Positions 54,874 through 64,000 of a stretch of DNA of 64,000 bases are shown one piece after another. The DNA is from Streptosporangiaceae bacterium (lineage in GTDB: Bacteria > Actinomycetota > Actinomycetes > Streptosporangiales > Streptosporangiaceae). Each line of letters begins with the position of its first letter. Position 1 is the first letter of the stretch. The position numbers and the translations under genes are program-made. The notes below the pieces were generated by a model, which made no database searches, was not told the origin of the DNA, and saw only the letters and a program-made list of their open reading frames with translations. Location: NCBI GenBank assembly GCA_036502625.1, contig DASXYG010000032.1, forward strand, positions 1,755-65,754, written 5' to 3'.

Positions 54874-56232
54874 ATGTACAAGGTCACCAACCCGGCGACA
54901 GGCGAGGTCGTCGAGGAGTTCCCGACCGCGACCGACGACCAGATCCGCGATGCGATCGACCGGGCCGACCGTGGCTTCAAGGCGTGGCGCGACCGCCCGG
55001 TCGAGGAGCGCGCCGCGGTCGTACGCCGGGCCGCCCAGCTCTTCGAGGAGCGGACCGACGAACTTGCCGCGATCATCACCCTCGAAATGGGCAAGCGCAT
55101 CAACGAGGCCCGCGGTGAGCTCGGCATCGTCGTCAGCATCTTCAACTACTACGCCGACAAGGGCCCCGAGCTGATCGCCGACGAGCCGCTGCCGATCAAG
55201 GGCGGCGAGGCGGTCGTGAAGAAGAGCCCGATCGGCGCGCTGATCGGCATCATGCCGTGGAACTTCCCCTACTACCAGGTGGCCCGTTTCGCCGCGCCGA
55301 ACCTGGTGCTGGGCAACACGATCCTGTTGAAGCACGCGCCGAGCTGCCCGCGTTCGGCCGCCGCGATCGAGGGCCTGCTGCGCGAGGCGGGCCTGCCGGA
55401 CGACGCGTACATCAACATCTACGCCTCCAACGAGCAGATCGCCTGGATGCTGGCCGACCCGCGCATCGCGGGCGTCTCGCTGACCGGCAGCGACCGCGCC
55501 GGCGCGCAGGTCGCCGCGGAGGCCGGCAAGAACCTCAAGAAGGTCGTGCTGGAGCTCGGCGGCTCCGACCCGATGGTCATCCTGGACAGCGCCGACGTCG
55601 ACACGACCGCCAAGGTCGCGGCGGCGTCCCGCATGGGCAACACCGGCCAGGCGTGCAACGCGCCGAAGCGGATGATCGTCATGTCCGACCTCTACGACGA
55701 GTTCGTCGAGAAGCTCAGCGAGCGCATGAAGACGTACGAGCCCGGCGACCCGTCGGACCCGAAGACGAAGCTGGCGCCGCTGTCGTCCGTCCCCGCGGCC
55801 GACAAGGTCGCGTCGCAGGTCGCGGACGCCATCAAGCAGGGCGCGACCCTGCACGCGGGCGGCAAGCGCATCGACGGGCCCGGCGCGTACATGGAGCCGA
55901 CCGTGCTGACCGGCGTCACGCCGGACATGGCCGCCTACTCCGAGGAGATCTTCGGCCCGGTGGCGCTCGTCTTCCGCGTCGACAGCGAGGACGAGGCGGT
56001 CAAGCTCGCCAACGACACCCCGTACGGCCTGGGCTCCGGCGTGTTCAGCGCGGACCCCGAGCGGGCGCGCCGCGTCGGCGAGCAGATCGACGCCGGCATG
56101 GTCTACATCAACGCCGCGGGCGGCTCCCAGGCCGACGTGCCGTTCGGCGGCATCAAGCGGTCCGGCATCGGCCGCGAGCTGGGCCCGCTGGGCATCGAGG
56201 AGTTCATGAACAAGAAGGTCATCCGCGCCTGA
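54874..56232 (+). CDS. NAD(P)-dependent succinate-semialdehyde (aldehyde) dehydrogenase
   Basis: IMPWNFPYYQV, VLELGGSDP (catalytic Glu), GQACNAPKR (catalytic Cys) and EEIFGPV. Confidence 0.9.
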   Translation: MYKVTNPATGEVVEEFPTATDDQIRDAIDRADRGFKAWRDRPVEERAAVVRRAAQLFEERTDELAAIITLEMGKRINEARGELGIVVSIFNYYADKGPELIADEPLPIKGGEAVVKKSPIGALIGIMPWNFPYYQVARFAAPNLVLGNTILLKHAPSCPRSAAAIEGLLREAGLPDDAYINIYASNEQIAWMLADPRIAGVSLTGSDRAGAQVAAEAGKNLKKVVLELGGSDPMVILDSADVDTTAKVAAASRMGNTGQACNAPKRMIVMSDLYDEFVEKLSERMKTYEPGDPSDPKTKLAPLSSVPAADKVASQVADAIKQGATLHAGGKRIDGPGAYMEPTVLTGVTPDMAAYSEEIFGPVALVFRVDSEDEAVKLANDTPYGLGSGVFSADPERARRVGEQIDAGMVYINAAGGSQADVPFGGIKRSGIGRELGPLGIEEFMNKKVIRA

Positions 56233-56249
56233 CGCGGACGACGGCGTAC

Positions 56250-56284
56250 GAAGGGGGCGGGTCCGTGCCGGATCCGCCCCCTTC
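56250..56284 (+). terminator. GC-rich hairpin 18 nt after the aldehyde dehydrogenase stop
   Basis: GAAGGGGGCGG...CCGCCCCCTTC has perfect 11-bp arms, extended by 4 further pairs, with loop GTGC. There is no clear U-tract. Confidence 0.55.
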
Positions 56285-56343
56285 CGCGTGCGGCGGCCGG
56301 GGGCGACGATGGCCCGGACCGACGTGATCGACTTGGAGGCGCC

Positions 56344-57138
56344 GTGGACTTCGGGCTGAACGGGCGGGTGGCAGTGGTGACCGGCGGAAGCCGCGGGCTC
56401 GGCTACGCGATCGCGCGGCGGCTGCTCGACGAGGGCGCGCGCGTCGTGATCTGCGGGCGCGACGGCGACGCCTGCCGCCGCGCCGTCGAGTCGCTCGGCC
56501 CGGACGCGCACGCGGAGACCGCCGACGTCTCGGTGGAGTCCGACGTCGCCGCGCTGGTCGCGGCCGTACTCGACCGGCACGGAGGGCTCGACGTCCTGGT
56601 CAACAACGCGGGCCGGTTCGGCGGCGGCCCCTTGGACGCCACCCCCGACGAGGCCTGGCGCGCCGGATTCGACGTCAAGGCGCTGGGCGCCGTGCACACG
56701 AGCACGTACGCGCGCGCCGCGCTGATCGCCTCCGGGCAGGGCCGCATCGTGAACATCTCCGGCGTGACGTCCGAGCTCGTCGTGCCCGGAGTCGCGGTTA
56801 CCGCGCTGGCGAACTCGGCGATGACCACGCTCACCGCCTACCTCGCCCAGGACCTGCGCGCGTACGGCGTCACGGCGAACTGCGTGGTGCCCGGCTACAC
56901 GCTCAGCGAGGTCTGGCAGGAGCGGGTCGACGCGTACGCCGCCGACCACGGCATCGACGCCGCCGCCGCGCGGTCGGCCATCCTCGCCGAGCGCGGCATG
57001 GGCGCGGACGCACGCTGGGGCACCCCCGACGAGCTGGCCGCCGTCGTCGCGTTCCTCGCCTCGGCGCCCGCGTCGTACGTCAGCGGCGCCACGCTCCGCG
57101 TCGACGGCGCACAGCTCCCCGTGGTGTCCCACCCCTGA
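56344..57138 (+). CDS. SDR-family oxidoreductase
   Basis: VAVVTGGSRGLGYAIA (TGxxxGxG) and NNAG. Length 264 aa. Confidence 0.9.
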   Translation: MDFGLNGRVAVVTGGSRGLGYAIARRLLDEGARVVICGRDGDACRRAVESLGPDAHAETADVSVESDVAALVAAVLDRHGGLDVLVNNAGRFGGGPLDATPDEAWRAGFDVKALGAVHTSTYARAALIASGQGRIVNISGVTSELVVPGVAVTALANSAMTTLTAYLAQDLRAYGVTANCVVPGYTLSEVWQERVDAYAADHGIDAAAARSAILAERGMGADARWGTPDELAAVVAFLASAPASYVSGATLRVDGAQLPVVSHP

Positions 57139-57147
57139 CCGGGCGCG

Positions 57148-57804
57148 TCAGCGGCGGCGTGCGGCGACCACGTTGTCGGTCCGCGTGTGCGGCTCGCCGT
57201 CCGGGCCGGCCTGGTGGCGCTCGACGTCCTCGGCCCGCAGCACGTCCCACTCCGCGTCGTCGAGGCCGAGGTCCGCGACGATCTCGGCCGGGGTGCTGAA
57301 CTCCATCTCCGGGTGCGGGTTCTCCTCCCACGGCGGGAACCCGCCATGGGAGCCGACCACCAGCAGGCCGCCGGGCGCGACCGCGGCCGCCGCGCGGCGC
57401 AGCAGCTCCTCGCGCGGCATCTCGATGGGGGAGTGCAGGTACTGCGCGGACACCAGGTCGAACCGCCCGCCGGGGAAGTCGTCGGCGAGGTCGTGGCGGC
57501 GCCACTCGACGCGCTCGGCGACGCCCGCCTCGGCCGCGTGCCGCGCCGCCCGGTCCAGCGCCACCTGCGACACGTCGACCGCGGTGACCCGCCAGCCGCG
57601 CGCGGCCAGCCAGACGGCGTCGGCGCCCTCGCCGCAGCCGAGGTCGAGCGCGGTGCCGGGCGCCAGGCCGGCGGCCTCGCGCACGAGGATGCCGTTGGGG
57701 TCGCCGCTCCACATCCGCTCGGACGCGGAGTACCTGCCGTCCCAGTACGCCGCGGGCTCGTCGGCCTGCTCGGGTTCGTGGTCGTGCTCAGCTCGTACGT
57801 TCAT
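57148..57804 (-). CDS. Class I SAM-dependent methyltransferase
   Basis: ALDLGCGEGADAVWLAARGWRVTAVDVS (motif I). In frame with track ORF 57148-58500. Confidence 0.8.
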   Translation of the reverse strand: MNVRAEHDHEPEQADEPAAYWDGRYSASERMWSGDPNGILVREAAGLAPGTALDLGCGEGADAVWLAARGWRVTAVDVSQVALDRAARHAAEAGVAERVEWRRHDLADDFPGGRFDLVSAQYLHSPIEMPREELLRRAAAAVAPGGLLVVGSHGGFPPWEENPHPEMEFSTPAEIVADLGLDDAEWDVLRAEDVERHQAGPDGEPHTRTDNVVAARRR

Positions 57805-57870
57805 GACTCGGATCCTGCGCCGGGACCAGGTGATTTGACAAACTCTGTTGCCGGAGTGGCAAATGGAGGC

Positions 57871-58461
57871 ATGGCGGACGACGATCTGGACGGCGTGCTC
57901 GCGACGGTCGGGCCGCGGCTGCGGGCAATGCGCCGGGAGCGCGGCGGCACCCTGGCGCAACTCGCCGAGCGCACCGGCATCTCGGTGAGCACGCTCTCGC
58001 GGCTGGAGGCCGGGCGCCGCAAGCCCACGCTGGAGCTGCTGCTCCCGCTGGCCAAGGCGTACGACGTGCCGCTCGACGAACTGGTCGACGCGCCGCCGAC
58101 CGGCGACCCGCGCATCCACCTCCGCCCGTACACCCACGAGGGCCGCACGTTCGTGCCGCTGACCCGCAACCTCGGCGGGCTGCGCGCGTACAAGCAGGTC
58201 CTGCCTCCCGCCCGGGACCCCGACGCGCACCTCGACCAGCGCTCCCACGAGGGCTACGAGTGGCTGTACGTCCTGTCCGGACGGCTGCGGCTGCGGCTCG
58301 GGCCGAACGACATCATCCTGACGCCGGGCGAGGCCGCCGAGTTCGACACGCACGTGCCGCACGGCTTCGGCAACCCCGGCCCGGAACCCGTCGAGTTCCT
58401 CAGCCTCTTCGGCCCGCAGGGCGAGCGGCTCCACGTCCGCGCGCGCCCGACCAGGAAATAG
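57871..58461 (+). CDS. XRE-family HTH regulator with C-terminal cupin domain
   Basis: LRAMRRERGGTLAQLAERTGISVSTLSRLEAGRRKPTLELL, then HEGYEWLYVLSGRLRL...GEAAEFDTHVPHGF. ATG at 57871 follows AATGGAGG. Confidence 0.85.
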   Translation: MADDDLDGVLATVGPRLRAMRRERGGTLAQLAERTGISVSTLSRLEAGRRKPTLELLLPLAKAYDVPLDELVDAPPTGDPRIHLRPYTHEGRTFVPLTRNLGGLRAYKQVLPPARDPDAHLDQRSHEGYEWLYVLSGRLRLRLGPNDIILTPGEAAEFDTHVPHGFGNPGPEPVEFLSLFGPQGERLHVRARPTRK

Positions 58462-58537
58462 CCGCCGTACGGCACCCTGGCGATCACCGCGCGGCGGCAC
58501 GCTTCTAGGCTGGGCGACCTACCTGGAGGTGCCGCCG

Positions 58538-59548
58538 ATGCCCGTTCGCCTGGGTCTGCGTATCCCGCCCGCCGCGCCCGCGCCCGTCGTGGCCGACGCG
58601 ATCGTGCGCGCCGAGGAACTCGGCTGGGACTCCGTCTGGATACCCGACTCACAGCTCCTGTGGCGCGACCCGTTCGCGGTGCTGGCCATCGCGGCCACGC
58701 GGACGTCCCGCATCCGGCTCGGCATCGCGGTCACCAACTTCGCGACCCGCCACGTGAGCGCGCTCGCCGGGGCGATCCGTACGGTCGGCGAGCTGGCGCC
58801 CGGCCGGTTCGTCGTGGCCGTCGGCGCGGGGAACTCCTCCGTGCGCCCGGTGGGCCTGCGCCCGACCGGCACCCGCGGGCTCGGCGCGGAGATCACCCGG
58901 CTGCGGGCCCTGCTCGACGGCGGCGAGGTCGACTTCGGTGCGCGCCCGATCGTGCGGCTGCGCGACGCCGCGCCGGTGCCGGTGTACGTCGCGGCCACCG
59001 GGCCGCGCAACCTGGAGATGGCCGGTGCCGCGGCCGACGGCGCGATCCTCCAGGTCGGCACCACCGTCGACGGCGTCAACCGCGGCGTCACGAACGTCGC
59101 CGACGGCGCGCGGTCCGCCGACCGCGACCCGGGTTCCGTGCCGGTCGTCGTGACGGCCACGTGCCTGCTGACCGACGACCTCGACCGCGACGCCGTCCGC
59201 TTCAAGCCGCACGCCGTCACCATCGCCGGCGACGGCGGGGGAGTGGCGCTGGCCAAGGCCGGGATCACGGTCCGGCCGCTGCCCGCCGAGGGCGCGCCCG
59301 TCGTCTACCCCGACCTGCTGCACGCCGAGGACCACGACGCCGCCGTACGCGCCTGCGACCCGTACGTCACCGACGCCGACGCCGTGCGCTTCGCCACCCG
59401 GTTCGCCTTCGGCGGCGAGGCGGACGCCGTCCGGGCGCGCATCGCGGAGATGCACGCGCTGGGCGCGGCCGAGGTGCTGCTCCAGCACATCGGCAGCTAC
59501 GACATGCCGACCGCGATCATGGAGCAGGTGGACAAGCTGCGCCCCTGA
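58538..59548 (+). CDS. Luciferase-like (LLM class) probable F420-dependent oxidoreductase
   Basis: AEELGWDSVWIPDSQLLWRDPF, RIRLGIAVTN and VYVAATGPRNLEMAGAAADG. ATG at 58538 lies 8 nt after GGAGG. The longest ORF starts at GTG 58529. Confidence 0.85.
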   Translation: MPVRLGLRIPPAAPAPVVADAIVRAEELGWDSVWIPDSQLLWRDPFAVLAIAATRTSRIRLGIAVTNFATRHVSALAGAIRTVGELAPGRFVVAVGAGNSSVRPVGLRPTGTRGLGAEITRLRALLDGGEVDFGARPIVRLRDAAPVPVYVAATGPRNLEMAGAAADGAILQVGTTVDGVNRGVTNVADGARSADRDPGSVPVVVTATCLLTDDLDRDAVRFKPHAVTIAGDGGGVALAKAGITVRPLPAEGAPVVYPDLLHAEDHDAAVRACDPYVTDADAVRFATRFAFGGEADAVRARIAEMHALGAAEVLLQHIGSYDMPTAIMEQVDKLRP

Positions 59549-59564
59549 CGTACCGACCGGGGCG

Positions 59565-60191
59565 TCAGGACGGCTGCGGGGTGAGCAGCGCGACGGCCGC
59601 GTCGACCGCCTCGGCGGACAGGTCGCCGGGCCGCCCGCCGTCCTCGACGGTCGTCGCCACGAGCTCGCGCAGGCCGCCGAGCAGCATGATCGCCCGCTGC
59701 CGCGGCACCGGGCCGACCCCGGCCGCGCGCATCTCCGCGGTGTCGCACAGCGTCTGGATCAGCGTGATGAACGCCTCCATGTTGTCCCGCTGGAGGCGGC
59801 GCGCCTGGCCGCCGAGCGCGGGCATCTCGCGGATCCAGCTCAGCATGACCGGCGGCGAGGACTCCATGCGGCGGATCCAGGCGTCGACGGCCTGCCGGAT
59901 CTGCGTCTGCCACGGCGCCTGCGGGTCGACGGCCGCCGCGATGCGCCGGATCGTCTCCTCGTTGCGCTCGTTGAGCAGCGCGACGAAGCAGGACTCCTTG
60001 TCGGAGAAGTGCTCGTAGAACGTGCGCCGTGAGGTGCGGGCGCGGCGCACGATCTCGCCGACCGTGGTGTTCTTGTAGCCGTTCTCCTCGATGGCGTCGG
60101 CGAGGGCGTCGAGCAGCCGCCGGTGGAACGTGCCCGCGTCGCCGGAACCCGTCGGCCGTTCGTCGCGAGGTCGGCGCTGTGCGGTCGTCAT
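59565..60191 (-). CDS. TetR-family transcriptional regulator
   Basis: LLDALADAIEENGYKNTTVGEIVRRARTSRRTFYEHFSDKESCF. ATG at 60191 is in frame with track ORF 59565-60284. Confidence 0.85.
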   Translation of the reverse strand: MTTAQRRPRDERPTGSGDAGTFHRRLLDALADAIEENGYKNTTVGEIVRRARTSRRTFYEHFSDKESCFVALLNERNEETIRRIAAAVDPQAPWQTQIRQAVDAWIRRMESSPPVMLSWIREMPALGGQARRLQRDNMEAFITLIQTLCDTAEMRAAGVGPVPRQRAIMLLGGLRELVATTVEDGGRPGDLSAEAVDAAVALLTPQPS

Positions 60192-60242
60192 CGCGGTCAC
60201 GCTATACCTCTCGGAACGATGGAAAGCCTCTTGCCGTTGGAT

Positions 60243-60282
60243 GGTACATCGGCGTACCGTGCGTTCGGTACGGACGCGTACC
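60243..60282. promoter_or_regulatory. Candidate TetR operator: two GGTAC-N6-GTACC palindromes 24 bp apart
   Basis: GGTACatcggcGTACC (60243-60258) and GGTACggacgcGTACC (60267-60282). The junction CGTACCG-N6-CGGTACG is itself palindromic. The site lies between the TetR gene and the ferredoxin-P450 genes. Confidence 0.45.
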
Positions 60283-60301
60283 ACCCAGATGGGAGAACCC
60301 G

Positions 60302-60502
60302 GTGAAGGTGCGGATTGATCCTGAGCGGTGCCAAGGGCATGGCCGCTGCTCGGATCTCGCCCCCGCCTTGTTCGGCGAGGACGACGAGGGATACGGCACG
60401 GTGCTCGGCGACGGCGTGGTGGGCCCCGGTGCCGAGCGCGACGCGCGGCTCGCCGTGGCGAACTGTCCGGAGCACGCGATCGAGCTTGACGGGGAGGCGT
60501 GA
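60302..60502 (+). CDS. Small 3Fe-4S/4Fe-4S-type ferredoxin
   Basis: VKVRIDPERCQGHGRCSDLAPALF...ANCPEHAIEL has the CxxHxxC...CP pattern. GTG at 60302 follows GGGAGAA. The stop abuts the P450 start. Confidence 0.8.
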   Translation: MKVRIDPERCQGHGRCSDLAPALFGEDDEGYGTVLGDGVVGPGAERDARLAVANCPEHAIELDGEA

Positions 60503-61777
60503 ATGGCCGTCGATGATCGGTTCAGTCCGGAGTCCGAGCGGGAGCGCGAGGAGCGCATGGGCGAGGCCATCCGGAACGAGGTCGTCACCGGCCCGGTGCG
60601 GGACTGGGCGACCGACTTCTCCCACCTGGAACCGGAGTGGGCCGCCGACCCGTACCCGATCCAGGACGACCTGCGTGAGCGCTGCCCGATCGCGCACACC
60701 GACAGGTTCGGCGGCGGCTGGCTGCCCACGCGGTACGAGGACGTCGCCGCCATCGCCTACGACACGGACAAGTTCTCCTCGCGGGCGATCGTGATGGCGA
60801 ACGTACGGCCGCCGCGGGAGATGGCCCCGGTGGGCGGCGTCCCGCCGATCTCGTCGGACCCGCCGTTCCACCACAGCGCGCGCAAGCTGCTGCTCCCCGC
60901 GTTCACCAAGACCGCGGTGGCCCGCCAGGAGGCGGCGACGCGGGCGTTCTGCGAGGAGCTGATCGACGGCTTCGCCGGCCGCGAGTTGGTCGACGCCGCC
61001 CACGACTACGCGCAGTACATCCCGACCCGGGTGATCGCCGACATGCTCGGCTTCCCGGTCGCCGACCAGCCCAAGTTCCGTACGTTCGTGGAGAACGCGC
61101 TCGAGGGCGTCAACCGTTCGGAAGAGGAGCGCATCGCCGGGGGCGACGCCCTGTTCGCGTACCTCAACGAGCAGATCCACGACCATCTGGAGAACCCGCG
61201 CGACGACCTCACGACGTACCTGATCAACGCCGAGCTCGGCGGGGAGAAGCTGACGTCCGGCCACGTCGCGGGCACCATGGCGCTGCTGCTCATCGCCGGC
61301 ATCGACACCACGTGGAGCGCGATCGGCGCGTCCCTGTGGCACCTCGCGAAGACGCCCGAGGACCGCGCGCGGCTGGTCGCCGAGCCGTCCCTCGTGCCGA
61401 CCGCGATGGAGGAGTTCCTCCGCGTCTACGCCCCCGTCACCATGGCGCGGCTCGTCCGCGACGACATGCACTGGCAGGGCGTCGACATGAAGGCCGACGA
61501 CTGGGTGCTGCTGTCCTTCCCCGCCGCCAACCGCGACCCCGCGCAGTTCGACCGCGCCGACGAGATCGACATCGGCCGCGAGGTCAACCGGCACGCCGCG
61601 TTCGGCCTCGGCATCCACCGGTGCGTCGGCTCCCATCTCGCCCGGATGGAGCTGCGCGTCGCCCTGGAGACGTGGCTGGCCCGCATCCCCGAGTTCACGC
61701 TCGCCGACCCCGACGCGGTGACCTGGGCCGCGGGCCAGGTACGCGGCCCCCGCACCCTGCCGCTGCGCATCGGCTGA
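60503..61777 (+). CDS. Cytochrome P450
   Basis: FGLGIHRCVGSHLA (heme loop), AGIDTT (I-helix) and EEFLRV (ExxR). Confidence 0.9.
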   Translation: MAVDDRFSPESEREREERMGEAIRNEVVTGPVRDWATDFSHLEPEWAADPYPIQDDLRERCPIAHTDRFGGGWLPTRYEDVAAIAYDTDKFSSRAIVMANVRPPREMAPVGGVPPISSDPPFHHSARKLLLPAFTKTAVARQEAATRAFCEELIDGFAGRELVDAAHDYAQYIPTRVIADMLGFPVADQPKFRTFVENALEGVNRSEEERIAGGDALFAYLNEQIHDHLENPRDDLTTYLINAELGGEKLTSGHVAGTMALLLIAGIDTTWSAIGASLWHLAKTPEDRARLVAEPSLVPTAMEEFLRVYAPVTMARLVRDDMHWQGVDMKADDWVLLSFPAANRDPAQFDRADEIDIGREVNRHAAFGLGIHRCVGSHLARMELRVALETWLARIPEFTLADPDAVTWAAGQVRGPRTLPLRIG

Positions 61778-61788
61778 CACCCCGGGCC

Positions 61789-61832
61789 GCGCCCGGCACC
61801 ACGTCTCCCAGATTCCGTGTGGTGCCGGGCGC
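61789..61832. terminator. Hairpin between convergent P450 and ABC permease genes
   Basis: GCGCCCGGCACCAC ... GTGGTGCCGGGCGC has perfect 14-bp arms and a 16-nt loop. Confidence 0.55.
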
Positions 61833-61840
61833 GCGCGTGC

Positions 61841-63010
61841 TCAGGCGGACGCGCGCAGGGCGTCGAGCAGCCGCACCCGGGCGCCCGTACGCAGGATGGC
61901 CCGTTCGTACACCCGGGCGCCGAGGAACAGCACGGCGCCCGCCGCCGCGAGCATCCCCGCGACCGCCACCCCGAACTGCCACATCGGGACGTCCGTGGCG
62001 GCCGCGCGGACCGGCATGACCATGGACGAGAACGGCGGCACCATCGACAGCACCTGGTTGGCCGTCGAGTGCGGGTCGGCGAGCGCCCAGAAGCCCACGC
62101 CGTACACCGCCATCATCAGCAGCGTCATCGGGCTGAGCGCGGACGACAGCTCCTCCTGCCGGGACACCAGCGCGCCGAGCGCGGCGCTGGCGGCGGCGAA
62201 GAACAGGTAGCCGAGCAGGTATCCGACGGCGGCGCCGAGGATGATGCCGGCCGTGCCGGGCGGGAGGTCGGGTGTGGCGCCGGTGGCGGCCGCCGCGCCG
62301 AGCCCGGCCGCCGCGATCACCGCGAGCTGCGCCAGGCCGAGCACCCCGAACGCGGCGATCTTCCCCGCGAGCAACTGCCACGGCCGCACCGCGATCAGCA
62401 GGATCTCCACGATGCGGCTGCTCTTCTCCTCGACGACCCCCATCGCCACGCCCATGGCCGAGCTCATGAGCAGCATGAACAGCGCGATCACCACGATCAC
62501 GGCGATGCCCTTGCGCGCCCCGTCGTAGCGGGTGTCGCCGGTCACCGACACCGTGGCCAGCGGCGCGACCCGCAGCGCGCGGTCGACCTTCGTGGCGTCG
62601 ATGCCCGCCGCGGCCAGCCGCGCGCGGCTCTGCACCGTACGGTTCGCGCCCTGGACGACGGCCGCGAGCCGCGGGTCGAGGTCGCCGTCGGTCAGCACGC
62701 GCGGGCCGTCGACGATCGCCGCGTCGGCGTCGCCCCCGGCCACGGCGGTGCGCGCGGCCGCCTCGTCCGCGTACGGCACGGTCTTCACCGTCACCCCGGT
62801 CGCGGACGCCTGCGGCGCCAGCGCCGGCTTCAGCGCCTGGCCGGCCTGCCCGGTGACGCCCACCTTGTACGTGTCGGGCGAGCCGAGGAGCCGCGGCCCC
62901 GCGATCGCGCCCATCACGACCAGGGCGGTCACCACCAGGCCGATCAGGAACCCCTTGGACGTGGCCTGGACGCGCAGCTCGCGCCCGGCCACCAGCCGTA
63001 CGCCGGTCAC
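61841..63010 (-). CDS. ABC-2 type transporter permease
   Basis: GTG at 63010 overlaps the ATPase stop (GTGA). One N-terminal TM segment, a large extracytoplasmic loop and 5 C-terminal TM segments (EEKSSRIVEILL). Confidence 0.75.
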   Translation of the reverse strand: MTGVRLVAGRELRVQATSKGFLIGLVVTALVVMGAIAGPRLLGSPDTYKVGVTGQAGQALKPALAPQASATGVTVKTVPYADEAAARTAVAGGDADAAIVDGPRVLTDGDLDPRLAAVVQGANRTVQSRARLAAAGIDATKVDRALRVAPLATVSVTGDTRYDGARKGIAVIVVIALFMLLMSSAMGVAMGVVEEKSSRIVEILLIAVRPWQLLAGKIAAFGVLGLAQLAVIAAAGLGAAAATGATPDLPPGTAGIILGAAVGYLLGYLFFAAASAALGALVSRQEELSSALSPMTLLMMAVYGVGFWALADPHSTANQVLSMVPPFSSMVMPVRAAATDVPMWQFGVAVAGMLAAAGAVLFLGARVYERAILRTGARVRLLDALRASA

Positions 63011-63888
63011 GCCACGACCTCCCGGAAGATCTCGCTCAGCGCGGGCCGCTCCCACCCGAAGTGCTCGAGGCGCCCCTCGGCCTGCGCGGCGCGCAGCAGC
63101 GCCTGGTCGTCGTCGGCGGCCACCAGCAGGTCGCCGCCGCCGTCGAGGGTGCGGACCACCCGGCCGGGCAGGCGGCCCGCCCACCCCGGCGCGGCGTCGC
63201 GTACGCGCACCCGCAGCAGCGAGCCGGCCGCACGCGCGCGCACATCGTCCACGGGCCCGGACGCGACGATCCGCCCGGCCGCGATGATGCCCACGGAGTC
63301 GCTGAGCCGCTCCACGAGGTCGAGCTGGTGGCTGGAGAAGATGATCGGCACGCCCGCGTCGCGCTTCTCCGCCAGCACCCCGGCCAGCGCGTCCACGCCG
63401 ATCGGGTCGAGCCCGGAGAACGGTTCGTCCAGCACCAGCACCTCGGGGTCGTGCGCCAGCGCCACCGCGAGCTGCACCCGCTGCTGGTTGCCGAGCGACA
63501 GCGCCTGCACGTGGTCGGTGCGGTGCGCGGTCAGTTCGAGCCGCTCGATCCAGACGTCCGCGGCGCGCCGGGCCGCGCGCGGGGCGAGGCCGTAGTGCCG
63601 GCCGAAGTACGTGATCTGGTCGGCGACCCGCATCTTCTGGTACAGGCCGCGCTCCTCCGGCATGTAGCCGAAACGGCGCCGCACCGCCGCGGTGACCGGG
63701 GTGTCCCGCCAGGTCACGGTGCCCGCGTCGGCGGCCAGCACGCCCATGACGATGCGCATGGTGGTCGTCTTGCCCGCGCCGTTCGCGCCGACGAACCCGA
63801 ACATCTCACCGGGCCGTACGGCGAAGCCCACGTCGCCGAGCGCGGTCGTGGCGCCGAACCTCTTGGTCAGGCCGTCGATCCGAAGCAT
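63007..63888 (-). CDS. ABC transporter ATP-binding protein
   Basis: GANGAGKTT (Walker A), LSLGNQQRV (signature) and LVLDEPFSGLD (Walker B). ATG at 63888 (MLRIDGL) follows GGGGAGGA. The longest ORF runs to 63939. Confidence 0.9.
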   Translation of the reverse strand: MLRIDGLTKRFGATTALGDVGFAVRPGEMFGFVGANGAGKTTTMRIVMGVLAADAGTVTWRDTPVTAAVRRRFGYMPEERGLYQKMRVADQITYFGRHYGLAPRAARRAADVWIERLELTAHRTDHVQALSLGNQQRVQLAVALAHDPEVLVLDEPFSGLDPIGVDALAGVLAEKRDAGVPIIFSSHQLDLVERLSDSVGIIAAGRIVASGPVDDVRARAAGSLLRVRVRDAAPGWAGRLPGRVVRTLDGGGDLLVAADDDQALLRAAQAEGRLEHFGWERPALSEIFREVVA

Positions 63889-64000
63889 GCGGCCGATCCT
63901 CCCCGTGCGGTCGTGCGGGCCGCCAGTCGCGGCGGTCACCGGATCGAGATGACAAATGTCAGGAACGCCGTACGGGGGCGGCTCAGAGCCAGCCCATCCG

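Noticed and set aside
1-64000. Mobile elements, an integrase- or tRNA-bounded island, a prophage, and rRNA or tRNA genes
   Set aside because: No ORF has transposase, integrase or phage motifs. The intergenic regions are short except for the repeat zone, and I found no tRNA-like cloverleaf candidates there. A tRNA scan would be needed for certainty.
63983-64000. A possible 3' end of another minus-strand gene at the right edge (TCA at 63983-63985)
   Set aside because: Only about 5 codons lie inside the window, so it cannot be assessed.

Overview
High-GC actinomycete (Streptomyces-like) chromosomal DNA from an accessory or arm-type region. I support about 57 protein-coding genes. I recognised no rRNA, tRNA, CRISPR array, transposase, integrase or prophage gene. 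Gene order, left to right:
- GntR and PucR regulators, then a two-gene urease (fused gamma/beta plus alpha) with no accessory genes, an amidohydrolase, an MHS transporter and a ThDP enzyme.
- A 1.4-kb non-coding, repeat-saturated zone between convergent genes.
- MFS transporters, a secreted EEP-family nuclease/phosphatase, an IMPACT-family protein and an ECF sigma/DUF4232 pair.
- Two TetR-controlled oxygenase modules: one Baeyer-Villiger monooxygenase (BVMO) and one ferredoxin-P450.
- A C3/Vip2-like ADP-ribosyltransferase polymorphic toxin with a putative immunity gene.
- A LysR/MFS pair, an LCP protein, an M1 peptidase, a WhiJ/BldB-type XRE-DUF397 pair, CopC/CopD and two esterases.
- A tandem pair of family 2B (EshA-like) encapsulin shell genes.
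- An iron-box-controlled desE-desABCD desferrioxamine operon with a trailing P450.
- An FMN oxidase variant, a two-component system, a second BVMO, an ArsR/MFS pair, a PEP-mutase-family enzyme, a succinate-semialdehyde dehydrogenase, an SDR, a luciferase-like (LLM) oxidoreductase and an ABC-2 exporter.

The items most worth follow-up are:
1. The encapsulin pair, which has no recognisable cargo gene nearby.
2. The toxin/immunity cassette, whose toxin has an Flp-pilin-like N-terminus.
3. The symmetric repeat and hairpin zone at 9165-10559.
4. The des operon with an extra P450.

All calls come from reading translated ORFs and the nucleotide sequence by eye. No database search was run.
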